NCBI RefSeq assembly: GCF_035084215.1
Contig: NC_090337.1
Span: 27,528,001 to 27,592,000 of the forward strand
Origin: Heptranchias perlo
Lineage: Eukaryota
Reading direction: 5' to 3'
DNA length: 64,000 nt
The number at the start of each line of letters is the position of its first letter. Position 1 is the stretch's first letter. The notes under the pieces were generated by a model. It did not search any database. It had not been told where the DNA came from and saw only the letters and a list, made by a program, of their open reading frames with translations. This document shows positions 1 through 12,254 of this stretch, in pieces. The position numbers were made by a program, and so were the translations under genes.

Positions 1-240
1 GCTCCTAACATGAATGGATAGTTTTCTATTTGCTACAACTCTGGTGAACTACTTATTTTATTGCTCAACCACCATCACAAACAGATTAGCTGGTCATGAT
101 CTCATCAGTTATGGGATATTACTGTGCACAAATAGGCTGCCTTGTACATCTCAATAATACAACAACTACACTTCAAAAGTACTTATTGACTGAAGCACTT
201 TGGGATGTGCTAAGGTTATGAAAAGTGCTAAAGTTCTTTT
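1..240 (+). mobile_element. Deu-domain SINE (SacSINE1-like) 3' part
   Basis: Degenerate gggat(c)ttgctgtgc-caaat-ggctgc core and L2-like tail, shared with copies at 8690, 15530 and 45770. Confidence 0.6.
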
Positions 241-784
241 TCTATGGGTTAAAATTACCAGTGGGTCAATTTGACAGCTAAGACACTAGCTTTCCTCAAA
301 CTTCAAAAATCAATTAGTTTCTCTTCCTTCTTCTGACCTCCCCACCTCTGAATATTTGGTCCTTCTCTTTTTTTTTCCTCCTTCAAAAAGGAAGAGGACC
401 CCACACTACACTTGCTTCCCTTTTCCAAACAAAAAGGGATTTACTCCCCTTGCCAACCCTGCTTCAAAACAAGCAGTTGCTATAAACTGCATAGAGCAGT
501 CTGCTTTCTACAAGTTCTTCCTGTTCAGAAAATATGGGGGGGGGGGGGGGGGGGAAGGAAGAGAGAGGAGGAAAAAGAAAAAACACTTGGGAGCCCCATC
601 TCAAATTGCATAAAGTGCTGCCAGGAATCAAACCAATTTCCTACTATTTGGTAACAGTACAAATTGCTGGCTGAACAAGTACCACAGTTAACTCATGGAA
701 CAAGTGTAATATTTATGCAATGCACATAACTAACCCTCTTGCAAAAAAATGCTTTTCCCCACAAATAGACAAGTGGTAAAATAC

Positions 785-790
785 TTTATT
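785..790 (-). terminator. Probable polyadenylation signal (AATAAA) of the LAMP gene
   Basis: tttatt on + strand about 385 nt past the stop codon. Confidence 0.55.
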
Positions 791-1173
791 TTAAGTGCAT
801 TTGTGGGTTTAACAGACAAAATGTGCAGAACTAGGAATGAACAAAAAAAATGAATCTACATGGAAGCCCGGAGGTACATCTGGTTCAACAAATTTAAAAA
901 TTTTAAAAATCCAGCTCTTGGTCAACATTGTTATTTCTGCTCACAATTTTGAAACTTGTTCTCAAGACAGCTTTCCTCCCTAAAAACACCACAGGAAAGT
1001 TTTCCATACCTTTCTACCAATACTGCTGAAAGAGAATCTATTTTGCCAAATTGATAGAACTGATTACAGAAATGCTGCAGCCCTCAATACAGTAAAATTT
1101 AATTGTCGGAATTTATTCAAGTCTTCATTTCATTGCTACATGTCGATGATCTGGCTGAATAATTTCAGCAGTC

Positions 1174-1313
1174 TTAAATAGCTTCATATCCTTCAGGTCT
1201 CTGTCTTCGATCAATTGTATACATAATAATCACGGTTAGGACCAATCCTGTCAAAGCGATTCCCACTAATATTGGAATTACTTTACTCTCAGCATCCGCT
1301 TCACATTTTCCCT
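1174..1313 (-). CDS. LAMP3: LAMP-family gene exon 6 (EGKCEADAESKVIPILVGIALTGLVLTVIIMYTIDRRQRPEGYEAI-stop): fourth LAMP Cys, TM helix, GYxxPhi lysosomal signal
   Basis: cttgtag acceptor at 1314-1316, TAA at 1174-1176; C-x-x-D, IPI-x-VG-x-AL TM and terminal GYEAI. The six exons sum to 1047 nt = 348 aa + stop. Symbol (vs CD68) rests on 6-exon mucin+LAMP layout and adjacency to an MCF2L-family gene. Confidence 0.93.
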
Positions 1314-4094
1314 CTACAAGCAGAGTCAAAGGTCAGCCGTTAACTTTTAGGATAAGGAATAAAGTCAATTTTAGTTAGTTATGCAGAGTCTGGAAATATT
1401 AAAAGAATGCAAAGCAAGAAAATGGTTTTACTCTACCATTAATACATGCAACGAACTACCCATTTGCTACAACAGCAAAGTATAACATTCAGAAACATCT
1501 TGATTACATATGCTCATAAAGGCTGAAAATACCAAAAACTACACATCAAGTGTGGTACATGTTCATACAAGAACAGCATGCAGAGCCAAGTCTTAGCTTC
1601 AGTTTAATCATTTGCAAGTGACAGCTTTTACCCTGATTAAATTGTGATGAAAAAGAATTTATGTGCAATACTTTAAACCCAAAATGAAGTAGCCTTTTGA
1701 GTTAAATATTTTTCTAAAGAAACTGATTCTATAACTGAACAGATAGGAATGCAATTACTAAAACACTTGATTTCTCCACCCCGCACCGACTCCTAAACAA
1801 GTCAGCAATCTCAAATGTACTTCTAATCCACACTTTTTAAAGTGGGGGTTAGAAGTACATTTGAAATTGTTAACTTATTTAGGGAGTGGGGGAATTCAAC
1901 AGGGTGTTTCAGCATTTTAGTATTTGTACTCCCATCTGCCTTGTCATAGAATCTGTGCACTTATCTTTAGGAAAATATCTGAAACTCAGTTACAAAAATG
2001 TAAAAAAAGCAAACTACCCCAATTGTCTCAGTTTTCCAGAGTCATACATTTAAGACAGCGAAGTGTGCATGAACAATTGAAGTATCTACCCCCCCCCCCC
2101 CAATGTCAATTTTGAAGCAGTCACTAGGAAAGGCACCTCCCTCCCTATAAAAAGAAAACAACCGGCCATCATTCAATCCCTCCCAACAAGGCAAATATCG
2201 AACACCGATGCAAATTTGCATTCAAACATTGTGCAGCACTATGTTGAAGCTCTGAAATAATACAGCAATATAAAAAAAAGTGGACAGTGGAAAGATTAGA
2301 TTTTGGCCTTTGGGAAGGGAGAAAAAATAGCAGCTTGGCTCAATTTAAAATTATTAAATATCACCGAGGGAATATGAATTAAGTGACTCAGGACAGTCTG
2401 TCAAGGTACTTACAGTATTTGTCCTCACTATTCAGTTTAAAGGACAGACCCCAGTAAACATTCAAAAGCCCAGTTATGTTTTGTGTCACTAATCATGGAG
2501 CTTTTCTTCCAAAGAAAAGTTGGTTGTAGCACCATATACATCATTACAAGTCTCATTCAAATTGGAAGTCTGGGCACCATGGTTAAGTATTGTGAGCCTT
2601 CAGCAGTAGTTAGTAGACACAGGGCATTGCAACAAAGACAGTTACCTTCGGGTTGAATAACCCCAGGCAATTAATCAAAGCTTGTGTTCAGGCATGGTAA
2701 AAATCTTTAAAATATGTCTAGAATATACAGTTAATGGTACATCTTGCAAAAGTATTAAGAGCAATTTTTAAACTGGATACTTGAAAGAAAAAATTAGTGT
2801 CACCACATTTGAAAACAAGGAGGTGCTGAGCCAAGGCTAAGGTGACCTGACATCTCCAACACAGACCACCTTATCTGCTACATGAACCAGCTGCCTGGAA
2901 ACATTTAAGTGATTTTTTTTCTACATTCTTCTAAAAAAATAGTATGGATACCCCATTTCTCCATCTTACATTCCCTTAATGTTGCCTGCAAATCTTCATT
3001 AAGTCTTTAAAATGTCACTTCAATTAGCCATCAAGAGGTATGCAAACGCAGAATGTGGTAATTCCCCCACCAATTGCTCCTCCCACCAGGAGCTGCCTCG
3101 CCTCAACTGGGCTGTCCCCTCTCCCAAGACATATCTAGATCAGGAACTTATCCATTAAGACTGTAGCCAGGAACTGTATCCAGGACATTTCCTCAAACAA
3201 CTTTAAAAGGGGCAAGAGAAAAAAAAACACCCTGGGCATGTTCTGTGGTTAGGTACAAGCCTTATATAGTGTTATATTTCCCTTTATAGTTAAAGTAATA
3301 TTTATTGCATTGATTAACTTACAAAGCGATTGCCCTCATGTTTGAATTAGACAATTTTAACCCTATCTGCCTGGCGAGAACTGGGCAGTTCAAATCAGCT
3401 GGGTGACCTACCCGCAGACGTTCTGCGGTGATCCTGCTGTTTTGTTTTAAGAAAAACGCCAACTTGAAGCTGGCAGTCCATTTTTAAAATATGCAGATTG
3501 GAGACCAATGACCTCATTGGACCTTGACTGCAATTTTAAGCAGCCTGAGTAGGGAAACTGTTGTGGAAAAGGATAGAGAGCCAGAAGCGGCATGTTTAAA
3601 AAAAGCCAGGAGTGTTCCTTTGGGCCCTACAAGGGACATTTAGACATCCCAAGAAACACCCCCTTTCCTTTTTCCCCTCCTGTAAGACCCTTCAAAAACC
3701 CCTTCCCTACCAATTACCTTGTTGTTGGCACCAATGGAATGGTTGCCAGCCAGAGCCTCCCTACCACCCTTAAAGCCCCCACACTCAATTCCCTCTCCCA
3801 GTTTAAAAAAAAGTGTTTACAACTAATAGTGAATGGATTATAAAGATGAAATCTTAGGACGGTGGTTTTATGAGAAATCCAGGGATAGCAATAGATACAT
3901 GGTCTTATATTACCAATCCACTGGAGCTCAACAGCCTTCAATTCTACAGTTTCTTTCACGCAAGAGATAGCTGACAGACTAGTTATTCTAGATTATCCTG
4001 GGGAGGAAATTGGTTTGCAAAAGAAGGGGTAATACAAGTTCAAGAATTTTTCAAAACTATTTCCTGCCTTGTGAAATTATAGCAGAACTTTTAT

Positions 4095-4210
4095 GATTCT
4101 ATGGACCAAGTTGTGGAAAGTGGATTAGGCACGAGAGCTCTTTCACCCAGCACAGACACAATGGGCTGATTGACCACCTTCTGTGCTGTAAATTTCTAAT
4201 GATTCTATGA
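4095..4210 (+). mobile_element. CR1/HE1-type 3' end
   Basis: ccttctgtgctgtaaatttcta..gattctatga tail; ends 6 nt from the LAMP exon 5 donor. Confidence 0.7.
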
Positions 4211-4222
4211 AAAGAACCTTAC

Positions 4223-4396
4223 CTTTACCAAACTTTCCACCTGGAATGTCAAATGCCTGGAGTTGCGTATCAACAATCAGAATCTGTAATGAATTAGGTG
4301 ACAAAGCCACAACCTGCTTGCTCTTGCACCTGTAGGCATGCCCAAGTGTAGTCGTAAACAGCTTCACATTCTTCACCATGCCATGATAGTAAGATC
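4223..4396 (-). CDS. LAMP3: LAMP-family gene exon 5 (GSYYHGMVKNVKLFTTTLGHAYRCKSKQVVALSPNSLQILIVDTQLQAFDIPGGKFGK)
   Basis: ttttacag acceptor, gtaagg donor, 174 nt phase 1->1; LG.(S/A)Y.C and QLQAF....FG are canonical LAMP motifs. Confidence 0.93.
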
Positions 4397-4435
4397 CTGT
4401 AAAAGCAAAAAAAAGGCCCAGAAACACAATGATGG

Positions 4436-4665
4436 CATGAACTTGCCTAGGAACAGGAGTAGGCCATTTAGTCCCTCAAGCCTGTTTAGCTATGATCTCA
4501 TTTAATGGCAGATCTGTGACCTAGCCCCATATCCCTTAGATTTTTGTTAACCAAAGGTATTATCAATCTCCAATTTTAAACTAACAATTGAGCTAGCATC
4601 AACTGCCGTTTGTGGAAGAGCCTTCCAAACTTCTCCCATCCTGTGTGTGTAGAAGTGTTCCCTAA
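4436..4665 (-). mobile_element. CR1 LINE 3' fragment
   Basis: ggaacaggagtaggccatt terminus; HFYTHRMGEVWKALP (FFTQRVV..WN.LP motif). Confidence 0.8.
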
Positions 4666-5099
4666 CTTGCTCAGCATAGGCAGCAGTAAATTTGCCCTCA
4701 GTGGAACTACCACTGCTTAAAGTCCAGGTCTTTTCCACCATTATAATGTTTGAATAGAAAAATGTTTAGCTGTGTATAGCAGATTTTTCTCCCTAGAAAA
4801 TTGGGTGCAGTGTTAAGTGAAACTGGTAGCGTCCACTTGATCATTTACCCAATATTGAAAAAAATTGACTGGAAAATAAAGAACAAAATAAAAAGGAAAT
4901 GGTTGACAGTCTCCTCATTTTATTTCTTCCCCTTCAAGCTCCAACAATACTAAGTTTTTAAAAGACATTTCAAAAGTGGGGGGGGGGGTGGGGAAGAAAA
5001 AGAACACTGGATGGGAGGTAAAACACTATATAGTATTGCTGATATTATGCAACCTGTCAAAATCTGGAATTGAAAACTTATGTTTAATAGGCCCTCTCC

Positions 5100-5820
5100 C
5101 TCAGGGTATTAAAACAATGGGTGAGGAAATTGCAGATGCACTAAAATCATAATTTTCCAAAGCTCTCTAGATTCAGGAATTGTGCCTTTGGATTGGAAAA
5201 CTGCAAACATCACTCCATTATTTAAAAAGAGGAAGGAGGGAGAAACGAGATAACTACAGACCTGTTTTAACATCAGTTGTGGGGAAGTTATTGGTATTGA
5301 TCAGACAGCGACTGAGCACTTGAACAATGAGTTGATCAAAGCAAGTAGCATGGATTTGTGGAGTAGGTTATGTCTGACTAATCTAGTTGATTTTTTTGGA
5401 GGAGGTGGTCACTATGGTAGCGAATAGGGGAGTATCTATGGATGTTGTCCATATGGACTTCCAGAAGATATTTGGTGAATTTATACGATTTCACACAAGC
5501 GATTAGCAAAAATGAAGGCACACAGAATCAGAGGTAACCTTGTGACATGGGTCAGTAATTGGTTGGGAGGTAGGAAACAAAATGTATGGACAAAGGGAAT
5601 GTTCTGATTGGCAGGATGTGTCAAGTGGTGTTCACCAAGGATCTGTACTGGAGCCTCAGCTTTTCACTACATAGATCAATGTCTTGGATGAAAGATTAGA
5701 AAAAATGAGTTATATCTCAAAGTTTGAAGATACTAAGTGTGGAGGCAAAAGTTATGTAGAAGAAAATGCAAGCATACAAAAATCAGTTTATATGAATGGA
5801 TTTTGCTATAGACTGAGTTC
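5100..5820 (+). mobile_element. Degraded CR1 LINE reverse-transcriptase fragment
   Basis: Remnants of DWK.AN.TPLFKK, DFQK.F and SGV.QGSVL with frameshifts. Confidence 0.8.
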
Positions 5821-6167
5821 AGTTCCCAGTTAGAATTACATGCTATACAACGCAATATTCAAATACCTTCTCTAATTTAACCTCAACCTCTATCGGTCAG
5901 ACTAAATTCAGGGAAAGTATTCTAGAGAATAAAAATAATTGACAGGATGTGATCAGCATATGTTGCTATTTAAGTTTTACAAACAGGAAGAATGAAATTT
6001 TTCACATATGAATGTAATCACATAAGGTAATGATTATCATACAGCTGGACAAAGTCCAGTCAATTTATACACAGCTCAGATCAAGAGATCATTTTATGAA
6101 CTACATTAAGTACTAAAATCTAATTTCAAATATATTGTTAGCTTTTACAGTATTAATTATAAGTTAC

Positions 6168-6228
6168 CCAAGTTATTCATTGATCGCAGAGCAACACTTA
6201 TCTCACTGATGTAATACTGGTTTCCATC
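6168..6228 (-). CDS. LAMP3: LAMP-family gene exon 4 (DGNQYYISEISVALRSMNNL-G)
   Basis: ttttacttgcag acceptor, gtaact donor, 61 nt phase 0->1; YYISE(V/I) motif as in LAMP3. Confidence 0.88.
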
Positions 6229-8689
6229 CTGCAAGTAAAAGGTAGGATTAGTTATTTGAAGGAACACAACAGTCATCCACAAGTTTAAAAAAAACTCAGC
6301 ACAAGAGTCTCTACATGCATGGGGGAAAAAAATGCTATTTAGAACTACTCCCCTACAAGTCAGTCCTCTTGGTGGGATGAAGGCCCAACGGATCCAGAAA
6401 AGGTGATATCCGGTATTCATTAACTACACAGGCTTTCTTAAGCATATGATATGTGCATACACAATTGGTTATGGTTGGAGCGCCTAGGCATGCAATGGAA
6501 GGGAGAGAGAGGGAGGGAGGTCCTGCCTTATTGGCATCCATGTTTCAGAAGACCTGGGTTAAAGCAGTTGGTGCCATACAAGTTCAGTTCACAACAAAAG
6601 ACTTGTCAGTCTAGAAAAATCAAAAGAGGTAGCTGATGGATCACATGCTGTCCTGTGTAGGCCCTTAGCTAGAGAGCAGACAAGGTTGCTGAAGGTATTA
6701 CCTGGATACCACTATGCAAATACAGACATGCAAAGTTCAATCCTACCTTGCTTAGATTGTAGAACGGCACTGCAGTTACTGCTGAAGCTCTGACCTTGAA
6801 CTAGTGGAATAATAATTGATGGGGTATGCACTGTGTACCCAAGCTGAGGTCAGAAAGATGGGCAGATTTGTAGTGAGTTGTGCAGCTGAGTTTTTGATAC
6901 ATTACTCACTTAACAGGGGTTCAAACTAACAGTGGAACAGTGACTTGAGGGTGGAAGAGAAAGCAGGTGGTATGAGAAAGAAAGGAGGGTCTCTGGTCCA
7001 AACTCCCATCATCAGCCATATCATCTGAGCCAGAGTGGAATTATGTGGCAAACCAAAGAAAGTTGGTATTCACAGGATGTACTCTGTTTGGCAAACAGAG
7101 CCAATTCATTGGTGGTCACCTTGCAATGTCCATTCCTTATAGTTTGTGCTGGTGGGATCAATTGTAGACTTCATGCCTCCCTTCCAGACCCCATGGATAT
7201 AGTCGCCAGATTGGAGAGAGAGGAGTGGGGATAAAGAGCTAACCACCAGGTGAGTGGATCTGCATCACAAAAAAACCCTCAACAGAACATCAAGTAAACA
7301 ATAAACTCCATTTATCCTGCTGGGCAGGAGCTTGAAACAATTCCCAACCCAGGAGGTGCTGTAAGTTTTCCAGTGAGCTGCATATAGTACAAATCCACAT
7401 TTAAGTGTCCACTTTAAAACCCAGTTAAGATCATTAGAACCAGTGGTAACCCACATCCTTCTCCCAGAATATGATGTGATCCAACACACACTCTCTCTTT
7501 CCTCCCCCAAGAAAGATACAACTTTTGCCAATGATCACATTTCATACACTGAAAAAACAGCTTTTCAAACAAGGGTCCCTGGATATCCACAATGATCAGG
7601 AGATTGAATTCCAAAAAGGTTTCACACTTAATTTAACAATTAATCCTTTGCCATTTTGAACAGTTCACAAGACCATTAGACAGCATCGAAACCAAAAGGT
7701 GCAATTAAAGTCACTGGTGGGGATATTTGGAAAGCAACACAAAAGGAAACATTGTGGATAACATGTCACATGATCTTAAAGGGGCCAAGGGCAATTTGGG
7801 TCCTATTTTACTGGCCCTCTTGCCAAACTGTTCCTCCTCTTCTCCTCCTCCAGAACTCCCTTCTCAATGAGACTTCCCTACATTCCTAAACCACTGGTGC
7901 AGTAGCTCATCTGTGGATAGGCTGAGGCACATTGATGCTCCCTGTACTTGGCACTTCCATTTAGGGTTTACAGCAAAATGTAATTCAGAAAGGGTACAGG
8001 CACTGTGCCTAAAAAGAGACAGTTTTATTCCCCAGCACTAAAATCTTTCATTCTGATGAGCACAAAGAAACCAAACTGTCACTAGTTGGCTGGTACAAAA
8101 TTGGCTCAAGGTGGTCACACAAAAAGATCAATTTGTCCTGGTGTTGATCCTGACATATACCACAGTTTTTACATCAATGTAATTCAACTTTCATGCTACA
8201 CTGATGCAAGCTAGCATAACTGGATCTGAGACAACATGACAAGTCTTCAGAATGCTGAAAAAGTAGGGTATGCATTAATTGATCACAGCATTACAGGATG
8301 TGAAAAGAATATAAGTCTACTGTTAAGACAGATTAGAACACTCCTATCTTTCCTGTCCTTTTCTTTCTCTTTCTCCAGCCCCCCCCCCCCCAACTTAGTA
8401 ATTCAAAGATACAGCAATCAGTTCCTTTAAAAAGATCCCGCAAAAATATCTTGTTCAGAATAAAAAGTGATAAGACTCTGCAATACAATAATTTGTTCTG
8501 CTGGAACCATGAAAAATGTGGAATGCAGATGTAATGCTTACAGCAACACCCTGAATTATTGTGAGGGATGGAGGGAAAAAATTAGTCATCTAGGTCAAGA
8601 GTGCACAACTGCATGGTTTAGCTGGTCCTTTTAAAAAAATTCTCAATGCACCTTTGACTAGGATATTTCTTTGTAACCCCCTCACCATC

Positions 8690-8990
8690 TAACTTAGGCT
8701 GAGGGAGTGCTGCACTGGCACAGGTGCTGTCTTTCAGATGAGATCCCATGGCACTATTTGAAGAGCAGCAGGGGAGTTCTCCTGGTGTCTTGGCCAACAT
8801 TTATCCTTCAACCAAACAAATTATCTGGTTATTTCTCATTGCTGTTTGCAGGACCTTGCTGTGTGCAAATTGGCTGCTGTATTTCCCTACATTACAACAG
8901 TGACCACATGTCAAAAGTACTTTTGCTGTGAAGTGATTTGGCACTGCTGGAGGTAGTGAAAAGGTGCTATATTAATGCAAGTTCTATCTT
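8690..8990 (+). mobile_element. Deu-domain SINE (SacSINE1-like)
   Basis: gatcccatggcactattt...ctcattgctgtttgcaggaccttgctgtgtgcaaattggctgc...ggtgctatattaatgcaagtt tail. Confidence 0.7.
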
Positions 8991-9456
8991 TAGCACAGAT
9001 CTCAACACATTTTAAAAGTAGCTTTAAACAGAACATGTTGATAACCTATTTTGCACCAACAGCTTTAGTGGCTAATAAATCTTTTGGATAACGACGTGTG
9101 GGTTTTCAAAATTTTATTTTAGAAAAGCTCCATAGTTATTCAAACATTTTATTAAGCCAGTTGCCTTGAGTTCAACTCAATGAATGAAGTTTTTACTAAT
9201 CTGTCACAATCTACTTTATTTCAAAACCATTGTACAAGACAGGAAGTGTGCTACTTTTCAGGGTGTCATGTTGCCCAAATGTATATGCATCAAACTTTAG
9301 TAGCATCCTTTTTCCTACATAAATTCATTGTGGGCCACAGATTCACCCCTCCTGCTCCATGAAATCAACTGAAGCTGTGGTTATCTATGCCTACTCTGGA
9401 AGATAAGTATGAGAGAGTCATAGTGAGGTTATGATTGGCTGTGTACATTAACTCAC

Positions 9457-9573
9457 CTTCACAAAGGTGAAGTTTACAAATCCTGAATTAAATTTTAAGA
9501 TAATCCAGGAGGCAACATTTCCACATTTCCCTGAAGCCACTGTCTCTGCTAGTGGAACATTGAAGTACATATC
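9457..9573 (-). CDS. LAMP3: LAMP-family gene exon 3 (DMYFNVPLAETVASGKCGNVASWIILKFNSGFVNFTFVK)
   Basis: ttttcacag acceptor, gtgagt donor, 117 nt phase 0->0; YFN..ASG.C..L.F..G...FTF.K is a LAMP domain signature. Confidence 0.92.
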
Positions 9574-11053
9574 CTGTGAAAAGAGAGCATTGTTAATAAA
9601 TATATTGATGATCCCTACTTAGCATTGTTTCAGGTTTCAGCAGCTTTTTGCTCTCAAATGAAACATTCTACATATTAATATTTGAACTGATTAAAAATAA
9701 TGCAGTGCAGCACCATTAAAAGCTTGCCATCTTAAAAATTGAAAAAGCTGCATAAGGTATGCAACAGCTAACTATAGGAAATTCTTAAAAAAGGTCAATG
9801 TTTGATTAGAATGAGACTTAAATTGCTCCATAGCCACTGGCTCCACAGCATGGGACTGGTGATCTAAAACAAATCTGGACAAATTTAGGGGATGTCATGT
9901 CACCTCAGATTAATTGCACATTAGCTTCATAGTGATGTCATGACATCAAAAAAAATTGCACCACATGCATTGTAGCCAAAATATTACTGCAGAGAATGTT
10001 AGCCAATTGCCCATTACAAAATAAATGCTAAAGAATGGCTCATCAGCTCACTCTCCAAGACCTAGGCTGAAATGCAAGAGCAGCCAGTCAAAAGATAGAC
10101 ACATCAGGTTTATGCTCTAGAGCTGAATCAAAACCTCAAATTGTATAATTTGATGAAGATTTTCCTCTATGTCTGCGCTCAGTGAGGTAGCAAAATGAGT
10201 ACTATGTTCACAGTAGGGTGCAAACTTCATTAGGAATGACAATTTCACCAATCTTCTTGCCAGGGAAAGTGCAGTCAGACTTCTAGCATATCTTGCAAGA
10301 ATCTAATGGGTTGTTATTGCCACATGACTGAAGCAGTCACAGATAATACATTGCTATTCTAAGTTCAATAAGGCTTATCTTTTGAACAAAACAAACATGG
10401 GTAGGCTTGAAATTGTAAAACCAAGGAAAGTGCCTACACCATATATTTCATCTTTTAAGTATTAAATTTTAAGTTTCAACTCATTTAAACCATTATTCAT
10501 GCACAGCATGTTTTGGAACCTGCAATCAGGGAAGCTTTTCAATTTGGATTTTTATGGCATAAGTACATCATTCAAAAGAAACAGAAAATACAGGAGCACA
10601 TCTGAGAGGACATTTATTTTTTTTTAAAAAATAAAATGCTCAAAAATATGCACTAGAACACATTGCATCTGAAAATCTAGTCAATGTGAAGAGACCCTCC
10701 AAACAAACAATTGGAGGATATTTACATTTGAGTTGGGGGTGTGGCTAGTTTTGTGGACCATGGGTTTGAAATACAGCCATAAAAGACTGAAGAGTTGGGA
10801 GTATTGTAATTACATGCGCAACTCACTCACACCCAAAATGCCACAATATTTTAAGCCACGTAATTGGTTTGCACCCAGGTTACACAGGCTGGGTGCAAAT
10901 GTGGAGGAAATTCCAGGCCTGGGGAAGGAGGATTGGGCCTACCTGCAATATCACCACACCCCATCCATAACCAACATTATTTGCTCTATGTGTAAAAAAA
11001 CTCCTTCCAACTTCTGTGATAGAGAGAATGGAAGCTGAAAGAATAAAACTTAC

Positions 11054-11568
11054 TTTTCCATTTTGTTTGATAATAAGCTGTATTCCAATTGCTGCCTTGA
11101 TGCAAGTAGTGTTCTTGATAGAAACATTGTAGTGTCCAGTTTTTGGCAGTGAACAATTGGGTGATAAGGTAGGGAGCACCGTTGTCAGCGTATGCATGGT
11201 TGTTGTATGATTTGTGGTAGTCATGTTGGTCACATGTGCAGTCGTTGGACGTGTGGTCGTCAAGTTGGTCACATGTGCAGTCGTTGTAGGACGTGTGGTC
11301 GTCAAGTTGGTCACATGTGCAGTCGTTGTAGGACGTGTGGCCGTCGTGGCAGTCGTTGTAGGACGTGTGGTAGTCGTGGCCGTCGTGGTAGGACGTGTGG
11401 TAGTCGTGGCAGTCACATGTGCAGTCGTTGTAGGACGTGTGGTAGTCGTGGCAGTCACATGTGCAGTCGTTGTAGGACGTGTGGTAGTCGTGGCAATCAT
11501 TGCAACTAGATTGGGAGCATCTGCTGATGCAACACCTTCTGCTGAAACGGCATAACTTGTATACAAGC
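11054..11568 (-). CDS. LAMP3: LAMP-family gene exon 2 (Thr-rich mucin-like region plus start of LAMP domain ..PKTGHYNVSIKNTTCIKAAIGIQLIIKQNGK)
   Basis: ttttacag acceptor at 11569-11571, gtaagt donor at 11048-11053; 515 nt, phase 1->0; G-x-Y-x-V...TCI-x-A-x-x-G-x-QL is the typical LAMP domain N-terminus. Confidence 0.9.
11215..11497 (-). repeat. Coding minisatellite (42-bp and 30-bp units; ATTTTRPTTTAHVT / ATTTTRPTTT / NLTTTRPTTTAHVT)
   Basis: About 7-8 near-identical units containing ggacgtgtgg inside LAMP exon 2. Confidence 0.95.
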
Positions 11569-11644
11569 CTGTAAAAGAAAACAAGAACAGTTAACCAAAT
11601 GCTATAGACCACTTTGAACAAAGTGGTTGTATTTTTAAGAAAGT

Positions 11645-11885
11645 TCCCCAATGGCCTAATGGGTAAAGGCAGTCTAATACTAAGCTCTCAGTTGTTATCT
11701 AGTAACTCCTGCTGAAATGTTAGGCAAGGACAGAATCAAGCTCAGCTGATCAAGCCCTCTGCAGCCAAGCAGCACACTGATAGTCACCACTAAGGCTCAA
11801 ACACTGAGAAAGGCAACTTTGGCAATGTATCAGAGGGCTGCCAGCACTAGTGGAACTGAACAACAGCCTTCAGGGGAGAGGGAAG
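11645..11885 (+). mobile_element. Second SINE-like family copy (tRNA-like head)
   Basis: ccaatggcctaatgggtaaaggca head; ggctca-ac..gaa-ggc-actt-gg..gctgccagcac..gtggaac shared with 58815-59030. Confidence 0.5.
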
Positions 11886-12254
11886 AAGCTGCCTCCAGAT
11901 CGACAATAGTAATTTATGCACACTCTCATCCTCATTATGAGCGAAAGGAAGTGGTTATTAATAGCACCCTTGCATCTGAAAATTGTACAAGAGTGCAGCA
12001 AGACGAATAGACCAAGTCAAGAATTTTAACCTTGAAGCAATGGACACATTCTATTTTAATGGTTCAGGCATATGCAGGTTGAGGTGAAAAATGGGACAAA
12101 CTAATTAAGCCATCATGTGATGGAACGGAGAGCCTGCATATTCATTCAATAAAGGAAATGAGAAGCCACAATTTACTTTAGTTTTCCAATGCAAAAAAAT
12201 ATTGGTGTAACACCTTCAGGAAGACAACGCCACTTTATGAAATCCTCAGTTGAA

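Noticed and set aside
6747-6800. 54-nt in-frame cassette candidate (FKVRASAVTAVPFYNLSK) in LAMP intron 3
   Set aside because: Weak polypyrimidine tract, and it would interrupt the LAMP fold; likely chance.
7000-7620. Possible L1/Tx1-like 3' remnant
   Set aside because: Only vague motif similarity; not supportable by eye.
9891-9947. gatgtcatg...catgacatc hairpin as a pre-miRNA or snoRNA
   Set aside because: Stem too short, loop too large, no box motifs or recognised seed.
10986-11651. Cys/Asp/His-rich and Val/Arg-rich ORFs in other frames and on the plus strand over the repeat
   Set aside because: By-products of a stop-free tandem repeat; only the Thr-rich frame splices in phase with the LAMP exons.
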